Positions 6,625-15,223 of a stretch of DNA of 32,000 nt are shown here, piece after piece. How positions within the stretch are numbered: position 1 is the stretch's first letter; each line of letters starts with the position of its first letter. Made by a program: the position numbers and the translations under genes. The notes under the pieces were generated by a model. The model had not been told where the DNA came from and did no database searches. It saw only the letters and a list, made by a program, of their open reading frames with translations. This DNA comes from an uncultured Actinomycetes bacterium (GTDB lineage Bacteria; Actinomycetota; Actinomycetes; S36-B12; CAIYMF01): contig CAWJMG010000003.1 in the NCBI GenBank assembly GCA_963843975.1, positions 2,460,001-2,492,000 of the forward strand. Direction: 5' to 3'.

Positions 6625-8055
6625 ATGCGGTGGGTCAAGCGGATCCTGGCGACGCTGGGGATCCTGGTCGTCGTGCTCGTCGCCGCGGTCGTCGGCATCC
6701 TGTTCTGGTTCCACATCCCGCAGAACGCAGCAGGCGTCGTGGCGCAGACCGTGTGCAGCGCGGCCTTCGTCTCCGGGCGCGACAAGCCGGTCGACGAGCT
6801 CATCGCCTCCGACGTCACGCCGCAGAGCCCGGTGCTCGGCGTCGTGTCGGCGTCGATCGACAGCGAGCAGCACACCGTCACGGCGAAGTTCCTCGGCGTC
6901 ATCTCGCGTACGTCGTCCCTGCAGACCCGGCGCGGGTGCGTCCTCGACGGCGAGCCCGACCCGACGGCCACGCCCTACGTCCCCGCCGCGGCGAACCCCG
7001 CCGCCTGGCCGACCGGTGACGCTCCGGTCAGCGACGCCGAGCTCGCCACTCTCGGCGTCGACAAGGCGAAGCTCACGACGATCCTCGACAAGGCGTTCGA
7101 GGGCTCGGGAGACCCCAACGGCATGAATGCCCGCGGCGTCGCGATCGTGCAGAGCGGCAAGCTGCTCGTGCAGCGCGACGGCACGGGCATCGCACCCAAC
7201 ACCGCGCTGCACGGCTGGTCGATGAGCAAGACCGTCACCGCGATGCTGGCGTGGAAGAAGTTCCAGGACGTCGACCTCGACATCCAGACGCCGGTGGTCG
7301 ACGCGTTCCCCGACGGCCGCGCGCCGGCCTGGGTCGCCGACTGGAAGAAGGACGAGCGCGCGAAGATCACGGTGGCCGACCTGCTCTTCATGCGCGACGG
7401 CCTGAAGATCGACGAGGGCTACGGCCCGACCGGCGACGTCGTGCAGATGCTCTACGGCGAGCAGGACATGGCCGCGTGGGCAGCGGGCCACGCGCTCGAG
7501 AACGCGCCCGGCAGCACGTGGGAGTACCTCAGCGCCACGTCGAACCTCCTCGCCGCAGTCACCCGTGGCCAGTTCGCGACCGACCAGGAGTACGTCGACT
7601 TCGCGTACGACGCGCTCTTCACGCCCGTCGGCCTGACCACCGCCACGCTGCAGACCGACGCGTCGGGCACGTGGGTGGCGTCGTCGTACACCTGGGCGAG
7701 CGCGGGTGACTGGGCCCGCCTCGGCCAGCTCATGCTGAAGGACGGCGCCTGGGACGGGGAGCAGGTGCTCCCGACGGGCTGGTGGGCGCTGGCCGGCACC
7801 CCGGCCGTGCCGGCCGGCGAGGGGCACGGCTACGGAGCCCAGACCTGGATCCCCGGCGAGCCGAACGGCGGCGAGTGCGCCACCACGCCGGGCTACCCGA
7901 AGGACACGCTCCTCATGGAGGGGCACTGGGGCCAGATCGTGGCGATGGTGCCCTCCAAGGACGCCGTCATCGTGCGCCTCGGCTGGACCATCGACCCCGA
8001 CTTCGACGGCTGCGCCTTCGTCGCCGACGTGGCCGCGGCGCTGCCCGCCCCCTGA
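6625..8055 (+). CDS. serine hydrolase, beta-lactamase/transpeptidase-like family, membrane-anchored, 476 aa
   Basis: The track ORF 6232-8055 is trimmed to ATG 6625, which has GGAGGGGA 9-16 nt upstream. N-terminal TM helix MRWVKRILATLGILVVVLVAAVVGILFW. S-x-x-K motif in HGWSMSKTVTAML. Confidence 0.8.
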   Translation: MRWVKRILATLGILVVVLVAAVVGILFWFHIPQNAAGVVAQTVCSAAFVSGRDKPVDELIASDVTPQSPVLGVVSASIDSEQHTVTAKFLGVISRTSSLQTRRGCVLDGEPDPTATPYVPAAANPAAWPTGDAPVSDAELATLGVDKAKLTTILDKAFEGSGDPNGMNARGVAIVQSGKLLVQRDGTGIAPNTALHGWSMSKTVTAMLAWKKFQDVDLDIQTPVVDAFPDGRAPAWVADWKKDERAKITVADLLFMRDGLKIDEGYGPTGDVVQMLYGEQDMAAWAAGHALENAPGSTWEYLSATSNLLAAVTRGQFATDQEYVDFAYDALFTPVGLTTATLQTDASGTWVASSYTWASAGDWARLGQLMLKDGAWDGEQVLPTGWWALAGTPAVPAGEGHGYGAQTWIPGEPNGGECATTPGYPKDTLLMEGHWGQIVAMVPSKDAVIVRLGWTIDPDFDGCAFVADVAAALPAP

Positions 8056-8185
8056 TCGGGCGCACCGGACACGGGTTGCTCCAAGGCTCGATGGAGGCGG
8101 TTGCGGAGATGGTTGAATCCAGCACGCAGGGTGGCCCCACCTGTGCAGCAGGCGGCCGATCGTCGACGAGGGAGACTGATCTCCG

Positions 8186-10537
8186 GTGGACCGTTCCAAC
8201 CTCCCCATCCCGGACACGACGTACGACGGGCCGGTCTACGACGACGCCAAGGACCCGCGCGCGGTCTTCGAGCCCATCAAGCCCATCCGACCGCCGGAGG
8301 GTGCGCCCAACGTCCTCGTGATTCTGCTGGACGACGTCGGCTTCGGCGCCGCCAGCGTCTTCGGCGGCCCCTGCCGCACGCCCACGGCCGAGCAGCTCGC
8401 AGGCAACGGTCTCGCGTACTCGCGCTTCCACACCGCTGCCCTCTGCGCACCCACCCGCCAGGCACTCCTCACCGGCCGCAACCACCACGCGGTGGGCATG
8501 GGCGCGATCACCGAGATCGCGACCGCAGCACCCGGCTACACCTCGATCCGCCCGCAGTCCGCCGCCCCGCTCGCCGAGGTGCTCAAGCTCAACGGCTACT
8601 CGACCGCGCAGTTCGGCAAGTGCCACGAGGTGCCCGTCTGGCAGACCAGCCCGGTCGGCCCTTTCGATGCCTGGCCCACGGGCGGCGGCGGCTTCGAGCA
8701 TTTCTACGGCTTCCTCGGCGGCGAGACCAACCAGTACGCCCCCGCGCTCTTCAGCGGCACCACCCCGATCGAGCCCGAGGGCATCGAGGACGACGACTAC
8801 CACTTCACCGAGGACATGACCGACCACGCGATCGCGTGGGTGCGCCGGCTCACCGCCCTCACCCCCGACCGGCCGTTCTTCATGTACTACGCGCCGGGTG
8901 CCACGCACGCGCCGCACCACGTCCCCCTCGAGTGGGCCGACAAGTACAAGGGCGAGTTCGACGACGGCTGGGACGCACTGCGCGAGCGGATCTTCGCCGA
9001 GCAGAAGCGCCGCGGCGTCGTGCCCGAGGAGGCCGAGCTCACCGCGCGCCACGACGAGATCCCCGCGTGGGACGACATGCCCGACGAGCTGAAGCCGGTG
9101 CTGGCCCGCCAGATGGAGGTGTACGCCGGCTTCCTCGAGCACACCGACCACCACATCGGGCGCCTCGTCGACGCGCTCGACCACCTCGGCAGCCTCGACA
9201 ACACGCTGGTCTTCTACGTGATCGGCGACAACGGCGCCTCGGCCGAGGGCAACATCAACGGCAGCTTCAACGAGTACCTCTTCTTCAACGGCGCCGCCGC
9301 CCTCGAGACGCCGGAGTTCATGGCCGCGCGCATCGACAAGTTCGGCACGATCGAGGCGTACAACCACTTCTCCGTCGGCTGGGCGCACGCGATGGACACG
9401 CCGTACCAGTGGACCAAGCAGGTCGCCTCGCACTGGGGCGGCACCCGCAACGGCACGGTCGTGCACTGGCCCAAGGGCATCACCGAGCCGGGCGTGCGCA
9501 ACCAGTTCCACCACGTCATCGACATCGCGCCGACCGTGCTCGACGTCGCCGGCATCCCGCACCCCGAGCACGTCAACGGCGCCGAGCAGACGCCGCTGCA
9601 CGGCGTGAGCATGACCTACACGTTCGACGACCCGGCCGCGCCCGACCGGCACACGACGCAGTACTTCGAGATCGCCGGCAACCGCGGGATCTACCACGAG
9701 GGCTGGACGGCGTGCACGAAGCACGCGACCCCGTGGATCGCCATGGCGGAGCTGCCCGCCTTCGTCGACGACGTGTGGGAGCTCTACTCCCCGGACGACT
9801 GGACCCAGGCGCACGACCTCGCGGCCGAGATGCCGGAGAAGCTGCGCGAGCTGCAGGAGCTCTTCCTCGTCGAGGCCCGGAAGTACAACGTGCTGCCGCT
9901 CGACGACCGACGCGTCGAGCGCTTCGACGCCGCCATCGCCGGACGGCCGACGCTCATCCAGGGCCGCAAGCAGATCCTCTACGGCAGCATGAGCCGACTC
10001 ACCGAGGCCACGGTGCTCAACGTGAAGAACGTGTCGCACGCGATCGCGGCCGACATCGAGGTGCCCGAGGGCGGCGCGAGCGGCGTGATCATCGCGCAGG
10101 GCGGTGCGTTCGGCGGCTGGAGCCTCTACCTGCGCGGCGACGGCGTACCCGTCTACTGCTACAACCTCATGGGCCTGCAGATCACCAAGGTCGCCGGCTC
10201 CGAGCCCCTCACGGCGGGCAGCCACCGCGTCGTCATGTCTTTCGACTACGACGGCGGCGGCCCGGCCAGGGGTGGCGACATAGCGCTCGCGGTGAACGGT
10301 GAGACCGTCGCGACCGGGCGGCTCGAGCGCAGCGTGCCCCTGGTCTTCTCCCTCGACGAGACGTGCGACGTCGGCCACGACAGCGGTCTCCCGGTGAGCG
10401 ACGACTACACCGCGCACGGCAGCTCGTTCACGGGCGAGGTGAAGACCGTCCTCATCGAGCTCGCCGACGGCGACGCCGACTTCAACCACCTGGTCGACCC
10501 GCAGCTCCGGCTGTCCACGGCGCTGGCCCGGCAGTGA
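8186..10537 (+). CDS. arylsulfatase (Cys-type, large about 780-aa actinobacterial AtsA-like form), no signal peptide
   Basis: N-terminal metal-site motif VLVILLDDVGFG. Formylglycine signature C-x-P-x-R in AALCAPTRQALLTGRNHH. The length and architecture match the type I sulfatase family. Confidence 0.9.
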   Translation: MDRSNLPIPDTTYDGPVYDDAKDPRAVFEPIKPIRPPEGAPNVLVILLDDVGFGAASVFGGPCRTPTAEQLAGNGLAYSRFHTAALCAPTRQALLTGRNHHAVGMGAITEIATAAPGYTSIRPQSAAPLAEVLKLNGYSTAQFGKCHEVPVWQTSPVGPFDAWPTGGGGFEHFYGFLGGETNQYAPALFSGTTPIEPEGIEDDDYHFTEDMTDHAIAWVRRLTALTPDRPFFMYYAPGATHAPHHVPLEWADKYKGEFDDGWDALRERIFAEQKRRGVVPEEAELTARHDEIPAWDDMPDELKPVLARQMEVYAGFLEHTDHHIGRLVDALDHLGSLDNTLVFYVIGDNGASAEGNINGSFNEYLFFNGAAALETPEFMAARIDKFGTIEAYNHFSVGWAHAMDTPYQWTKQVASHWGGTRNGTVVHWPKGITEPGVRNQFHHVIDIAPTVLDVAGIPHPEHVNGAEQTPLHGVSMTYTFDDPAAPDRHTTQYFEIAGNRGIYHEGWTACTKHATPWIAMAELPAFVDDVWELYSPDDWTQAHDLAAEMPEKLRELQELFLVEARKYNVLPLDDRRVERFDAAIAGRPTLIQGRKQILYGSMSRLTEATVLNVKNVSHAIAADIEVPEGGASGVIIAQGGAFGGWSLYLRGDGVPVYCYNLMGLQITKVAGSEPLTAGSHRVVMSFDYDGGGPARGGDIALAVNGETVATGRLERSVPLVFSLDETCDVGHDSGLPVSDDYTAHGSSFTGEVKTVLIELADGDADFNHLVDPQLRLSTALARQ

Positions 10538-10568
10538 CCTCGGGCGGGGCCGACTCCCTGGTGCTCGG

Positions 10569-11639
10569 GTGAGCGCGGTCGAGTCCTTCCGGCGGTTCCG
10601 GGAGACCCGCTGGTGGATCCTGCTCGTCCGGCCGCTGCTGTTCCTGGCGGTCTCCCTCGTCGTCGCGCGGATCCTCATCAACCTGGTGGGGTCGGTCGAC
10701 TGGCGTCAGGTGGCGACGGCGCTCGGACAGCTCGAGTGGTCGCAGGTGCCGGCGCTCGTCGCGCTGCTCGTAGTGCGCCAGGCCTTCAACTCGGTGCCGC
10801 TCTCGGTCTTCGTGCCGGGGCTCGGATTCCGCCGCGGCTTCCAGAACGACCTGACGGCGAACCTCGTCGGCACCGTCGCGCCGCCACCGAGCGACATCGT
10901 GGTGCGCATCTCGATGTTCCGGTCGTGGAGCATCTCGCCGGTCGACGGCATGCCCGGCGTCACCCTCAACAGCCTCGCGTTCTACGTCATCCGGTTCAGC
11001 ATCCCGATCGTGGGTGTGATCCTGCTGATCGGCCGAGACCTCACCAGCGGGCAGATCTGGTCCGCCGTCGTCTCGCTCATCATCGCCGTCGCGATCATCG
11101 TCACGCTGATCCTCGTCGCCCGGGGCGAGAACTTCGCGCGCATCATCGGCCGCCGTGCCGCGCTCGCCGCGGGGCGCTTCCGGGACGACGTCGACGTCGA
11201 CGTCTGGTCGGACAAGGTCGCCGGGTTCCGGGCCACGATGTCGACCCGGCTCAGCCGTGGCCTGCCGCGGTCGCTGCTGGCGCTCGCCGCGATGGTGATC
11301 ACCGACGGCCTCATAGTGCTGCTGTGCCTTCGGCTCGTCGGTGTCGGCTCCTCCCTGCTGCCCGTCGGGCTCGTGCTCGGCAGCTTCCTCGTCGCCTACC
11401 CGCTCACCGCCCTGCCGCTGGCCGGCCTCGGCGTGCTGGACGCCGCCCTCGTCGTCGCGTACACCGAGACCGCCGGGGTCGACGCCGAGCCCGAGATCGT
11501 GGCGGCGCTCGTCGTGTGGCGCGTGCTCACCATCATCGGCACCCTCATCCTCGGTGCGCTGTCCTTCGCCTGGTGGCGCTGGCAGATCAGCAGGGGGCGG
11601 ATCCTGTCGGGCGACGCTCCCGACGAGGCCGACGAGTGA
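10569..11639 (+). CDS. polytopic membrane protein, UPF0104 / lysylphosphatidylglycerol-synthase-TM-like (flippase-like) family
   Basis: 356 aa with about 8 hydrophobic segments. The N-terminal pattern (RWWILLVRPLLFLAVSLVVARILINLVGSVDWRQV) is typical of this family as I recall it. The stop overlaps the next start (GTGA at 11636-11639). Confidence 0.55.
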   Translation: MSAVESFRRFRETRWWILLVRPLLFLAVSLVVARILINLVGSVDWRQVATALGQLEWSQVPALVALLVVRQAFNSVPLSVFVPGLGFRRGFQNDLTANLVGTVAPPPSDIVVRISMFRSWSISPVDGMPGVTLNSLAFYVIRFSIPIVGVILLIGRDLTSGQIWSAVVSLIIAVAIIVTLILVARGENFARIIGRRAALAAGRFRDDVDVDVWSDKVAGFRATMSTRLSRGLPRSLLALAAMVITDGLIVLLCLRLVGVGSSLLPVGLVLGSFLVAYPLTALPLAGLGVLDAALVVAYTETAGVDAEPEIVAALVVWRVLTIIGTLILGALSFAWWRWQISRGRILSGDAPDEADE

Positions 11640-13303
11640 GCCGGTTCGGCCTGCGTCCCGGGTGGAGGCGCGGTCTCCGCGAGGACGCTCAGGCCGGGGT
11701 CGTCCTCGGCGTGCAGAGCGTGCCCGACGGTCTCGCCACCGGGCTCCTGGCCGGTCTCAGCCCGCTGAACGGGCTCTACGGCTACCTGATCGGCACCCTG
11801 GTCGGTGCGGCCGTGACGTCGTCGGCGTTCATGGTCGTGCAGGGCACCGGCGCGATGGCCATGATCATCGCCGACGTTCCTGTGCTGCACTCGATGGACG
11901 ACCAGGCGTCGGCCGTCGCGACGCTCGCGGTGCTCACCGGCGCCGTGATGCTCGTGGCGGGCGCGCTGAAGCTCGGCAGCCTGCTGCGCTTCGTCTCCAA
12001 CGCGGTGCTCGTCGGCTTCATGAACGCCGTCGGCGTCAATATCGTCCTCGGCCAGCTCTCCAACCTCACGGGGTACGCCGCCCCCGGCGGCAACCGCGTG
12101 GTGCGGGCGATCAACACCGTCCTGTCGCCGCTGTCGCTGGACTGGCGCAGCGTCGCCGTCGGGCTGGGCACGATCGCGCTGATCGTGCTGCTCGAGCGGA
12201 CCCGCGTCGGTGCGATGGGCCTGGTGATCGCGGTGATCGCGACGTCCGCGCTCGCCGTGGTGCTCGGCTGGTCGAGCGTCGCGACGCTGAACGACCTCGG
12301 CGTCTCGATGCAAGGCCTGCCGCCGATCACGCTCCCGTCCCTGTCGCTCGCACCCGAGCTTCTGTTGCCTGCCGCGTCCCTTGCGTTCGTCGGGCTCGTG
12401 CAGGGAGCCGGCATCTCGTCGATGTACGGCCGCGCCGACGGCCAGCGCGTGGACGCGTCGCGCGACTTCATCGGCCAGGGCGCTGCCAACGTCGCGTGCG
12501 CAGTGACGGGCGGCATGCCGGTCGGCGGCTCGGCGTCCGCCTCCGCGATCAACGCCGCTGCGGGTGCCCGCACGCGCCGTGCGCCGATGATCGCCTCGCT
12601 GGTCATGGCCGCCGTGGTGCTGCTCTTCGGCTCAGCGGTCGGCTACCTGGCCATGCCCGCGCTCGCGGGCCTGCTCATCCTCGTCGGCATCCGCACGATC
12701 AAGCCCGCGGACATCAAGGCGGTATGGCGCACCGGCGTCGTGCAGCGCGCAGTGCTCGTCGTCACCTTCGTGCTCACCATGCTCGTCCCCCTGCAGTACG
12801 CCGTGCTCGTCGGTGTCGGCGTGTCCGTCGTGCTGCACGTGGTGATGCAGTCGAACAGGGTCGTGATCAAGCAGCGCGTCACGACCGAGGACGGCGACGT
12901 CCACGAGGTCGACCCCGTCGCGGTCATCCCGCCGCGCGAGGTCGTCGTGCTCCAGCCGTACGGCAGCCTCTTCTTCGCCTCGGCCCCGGTGTTCGAGGCT
13001 GCCCTGCCTCGCGTCGAGCCCACCAGCCGCAGGTCGGTCGTCGTCCTCCGGCTGCGCGGGCACACCGATCTCGGCACGACCTTCATCGACGTCCTCGCGC
13101 GGTACGCCGTCCAGCTCGACGAGGTCGGCTCGCGGCTCATCATCGCCTCGGTCGACCGCAAGGTCCTGCCCCAGCTGAGCGCCGGCGGCGTGCTCGACGT
13201 GATCGGCCGCAAGAGCGTCGTCGAGGGCGACCACCGCGTGGGCGCCGCGCTCGCCCAGGCCGTGTCCGACGGCCGCGCCTGGATCGACGCCGACCCCGCC
13301 TGA
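11636..13303 (+). CDS. SulP-family anion (sulfate) transporter with C-terminal STAS domain, 555 aa
   Basis: The long track ORF 10613-13303 is trimmed to GTG 11636. The multi-TM core begins VSRFGLRPGWRRGLREDAQAGVVLGVQSVPDGLATGLLAGLSPLNGLYGYLIG. The STAS-like C-terminus reads VVVLQPYGSLFFASAPVFE...VVVLRLRGHTDLGTTFIDVLARY. Confidence 0.85.
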   Translation: MSRFGLRPGWRRGLREDAQAGVVLGVQSVPDGLATGLLAGLSPLNGLYGYLIGTLVGAAVTSSAFMVVQGTGAMAMIIADVPVLHSMDDQASAVATLAVLTGAVMLVAGALKLGSLLRFVSNAVLVGFMNAVGVNIVLGQLSNLTGYAAPGGNRVVRAINTVLSPLSLDWRSVAVGLGTIALIVLLERTRVGAMGLVIAVIATSALAVVLGWSSVATLNDLGVSMQGLPPITLPSLSLAPELLLPAASLAFVGLVQGAGISSMYGRADGQRVDASRDFIGQGAANVACAVTGGMPVGGSASASAINAAAGARTRRAPMIASLVMAAVVLLFGSAVGYLAMPALAGLLILVGIRTIKPADIKAVWRTGVVQRAVLVVTFVLTMLVPLQYAVLVGVGVSVVLHVVMQSNRVVIKQRVTTEDGDVHEVDPVAVIPPREVVVLQPYGSLFFASAPVFEAALPRVEPTSRRSVVVLRLRGHTDLGTTFIDVLARYAVQLDEVGSRLIIASVDRKVLPQLSAGGVLDVIGRKSVVEGDHRVGAALAQAVSDGRAWIDADPA

Positions 13304-13361
13304 CCCAGGACATCGCTCGAAACCGCACGGCTTCTCGAGCATCTGCCTGGGCCAGGTGCGG

Positions 13362-14618
13362 TCAGGAGGTGCGGTCGACGTACCAGTCGCGCAGGGCGGC
13401 GGGATCACCACCGCTGCGGACGAGCCCAGCAAGCACCTTCATCGGGGCGTCGATGTGCCGGAAGAACCGCTGGTAGCCGGCGCACAGGTAGTGCAGGCCG
13501 GGCTCGCCCTCGGGCGTGGTGATGAAGCGGTCCTTCGGGCACCCGCCGTGGCAGGCGAACCGGACGTCGCAGCGGCGGCAGAAGCCGGGCAGCGAGTCCC
13601 GCTTGGCCTGCCCGAACGCCACCTGCTGCGGCGAGGTCACGAGCTGGAGCAGGGTGCGCCCCTCCGCGATGTTGCCGAGCAGGTAGCCGGGCTCGACGTA
13701 GTGGTCGCAGGAGTAGACGTCGCCGGTGTGCTCGAGCGCGATCTCGGTGCCGCACGTCTCCGCGTGCACGCACGACCCGATCTGGTGCATCCCGAGCCAG
13801 TGCGCGAGCGCCGTGTCGAAGTTCGGCACGAACACGTCGCCGACGTCGTTCCTCGCCCACTCGTCGAACACCGCGACCATGAAGGCGCCGAACTGCTCGG
13901 CGCTCACGCTGCGGTGGGTCACGGCGTCGCCGTGCTGCTGGTAGAGCGTGCGGTCGGCGTTGCGGCGGCCCCAGCCGAGCTCCGCGATCTCCAGGTGCTC
14001 CGCGGGTACGCGCTCGACCACGGGGATGAGCTGGATGTGCGAGGCGCCCAGGTCGTCGCGCAGGAAGCGATACACCTCGAGGCCGTGGTCGCCGTTGGCA
14101 GCGTTGACGGTCGTCATCGCGTTCCAGGCGACGTCGTGCCGCTTGAGCACCTCGATGCCGCGCACGACCCGGTCGAAGGTCGGCTTGCCGCCCTTGTCGC
14201 GGCGGTACTGGTCGTGCATCTCGCTCGGGCCGTCGATCGATACGCCGACGAGGAAGTCGTGCTCGACGAACAGCTCGGCGCACGCGTCGTCGATCAGGGT
14301 GCCGTTGGTCTGCACCGAGTTCAGGATCTGCTGGCCGGGCAGCCGGAAGCGCTCCTGCAGCTCGAGCGTTCGCCGGAAGAAGTCCACGCCCATGAGGAGC
14401 GGCTCGCCGCCCTGGAAGACGAACGTGACCTCGGCGTCGTCGCCGCGCGCGGCGAGCAGCTGCTCGACGTACGCCTCGTGCACGGCCGACGGCATCCGGA
14501 AGCCGCTGCCGGGGTACAGCTCCTCCTTGGACAGGAAGTAGCAGTAGTCGCAGTCGAGGTTGCACACCGAGCCCGACGGCTTCGACATCACCTGGAACGC
14601 GGGACGCCGTGAGGCCAT
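13362..14618 (-). CDS. anaerobic sulfatase-maturating enzyme (radical SAM/SPASM, AslB/AtsB-like)
   Basis: Radical SAM motif CNLDCDYC in FQVMSKPSGSVCNLDCDYCYF. It is co-linear along its whole length with E. coli AslB as I recall it (FQTNG, SIDGP, QFIPVVER, GDVYSCDHYV, SPQQ, LNYLCAGYQRFFRH equivalents). C-terminal Cys clusters CRRCDVRFACHGGCPKDR. Confidence 0.92.
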   Translation of the reverse strand: MASRRPAFQVMSKPSGSVCNLDCDYCYFLSKEELYPGSGFRMPSAVHEAYVEQLLAARGDDAEVTFVFQGGEPLLMGVDFFRRTLELQERFRLPGQQILNSVQTNGTLIDDACAELFVEHDFLVGVSIDGPSEMHDQYRRDKGGKPTFDRVVRGIEVLKRHDVAWNAMTTVNAANGDHGLEVYRFLRDDLGASHIQLIPVVERVPAEHLEIAELGWGRRNADRTLYQQHGDAVTHRSVSAEQFGAFMVAVFDEWARNDVGDVFVPNFDTALAHWLGMHQIGSCVHAETCGTEIALEHTGDVYSCDHYVEPGYLLGNIAEGRTLLQLVTSPQQVAFGQAKRDSLPGFCRRCDVRFACHGGCPKDRFITTPEGEPGLHYLCAGYQRFFRHIDAPMKVLAGLVRSGGDPAALRDWYVDRTS

Positions 14619-15073
14619 GTCTGCGGGTTCCTGCCCTTCGGTGCGGTCGACGGATACGTCGAACCAGGAGTATGCGCGAAGCGAACCTCACGGGTAACTC
14701 GGGGTAGGCAGTATCCGGCGCCCGGGATGGAGCCGCCCGGATCGCGACCTCCGCGCGGCGAATCCTGTGCGGCTGTTCAGGAATCGCCCTGCGTCCGAAC
14801 GGGTGACGCGCTCAGGTCCCGCTTCGGTTCGTTCCGAAAGCACAGTCGGGGGGGACGCTCATCACCGACGTCCGACGGGGGCTGGACCATGGCAACTGCA
14901 CGAAACACGACGCGGGTCGTCGCGCCGCCGCTGCTCGCGGCGTGCGTCGTCGCCCTGCTCATCAGCGATCCCGGTCGCGTCGACCCGGGTCAGCCGCCGC
15001 CGCAGGCTCCCGCCATCAGCGCCGAGCGCTGACGAGGCCGGGTCATCGCCACCCGGGCACAAGCGCACCCCGC

Positions 15074-15163
15074 CCGGTCGAGGGGGACTCGAACCAGAGC
15101 GGGGTGCTGGCCCGGGAGCGGAGGGGGGACGTCAGCCCCCGGACTGCGAGCAGCGTACGACCG
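15074..15163 (-). other. degenerate tRNA-like element (possible tRNA pseudogene or att relic)
   Basis: Hand fold of the minus strand. Acceptor CGGTCGT/TCGACCG pairs 6 of 7. Anticodon-like arm GGGGG-CTGACGT-CCCCC. A canonical T-loop string GGTTCGAGTCC is present, but its T-stem pairs only 2 of 5. The D-loop is only 4 nt with no GG. The variable region is about 25 nt. Confidence 0.25.
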
Positions 15164-15223
15164 GATCCGGCGTGCATACCGGCTGAATCGGCGTTTCATA
15201 TCTATCGGCGTTCTCAACTGGTA

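Noticed and set aside
7967-10681. Very long ORFs overlapping the arylsulfatase gene: 904 aa on the minus strand, plus 733 aa in another plus frame at 8101-10302.
   Set aside because: The translations are Arg/Gly/Pro/Ala-rich nonsense (RRRRSRRSRGR and similar) with no motifs. They are the usual stop-poor shadow frames of a high-GC gene. The 8186-10537 frame carries the sulfatase signature and the G/C third-position bias.
13304-13361. A possible bidirectional terminator in the 58-bp gap between the convergent SulP and maturase genes (GCTCGA...TCGAGC and ACCGCAC...GTGCGGT repeats).
   Set aside because: The stems are short (6-7 bp), the loops are long (14 to about 28 nt) and there is no T/U tract on either strand. 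This is too weak to call.
13356-14691. A 418-aa plus-strand ORF and a 428-aa minus-strand ORF overlap the radical-SAM maturase gene.
   Set aside because: Both are alternative frames of the same DNA with low-complexity Arg/Ala/Gly/Val content. Only the 13362-14618 minus frame gives the CxxxCxxC and SPASM motifs and AslB co-linearity.
14889-15032. A 47-codon ORF (MATARNTTRVVAPPLLAACVVALLISDPGRVDPGQPPPQAPAISAER) lies divergent from the radical-SAM/SPASM gene. This raised the idea of a RiPP precursor-maturase pair.
   Set aside because: The radical-SAM enzyme is co-linear with AslB-type sulfatase maturases and sits next to its obvious substrate, the sulfatase. The small ORF has no Cys/Ser/Thr-rich core or leader-like features. 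It could be a real small membrane peptide, but there is no support for a RiPP system.
15074-15163. The tRNA-like element might be tRNA-Sec, given its 4-nt D-loop and long extra arm.
   Set aside because: The anticodon position reads GAC, not UCA. The D-stem has only 4 pairs, the acceptor is 7 bp rather than 8, and the T-stem is unpaired. It is kept only as a degenerate tRNA-like relic.
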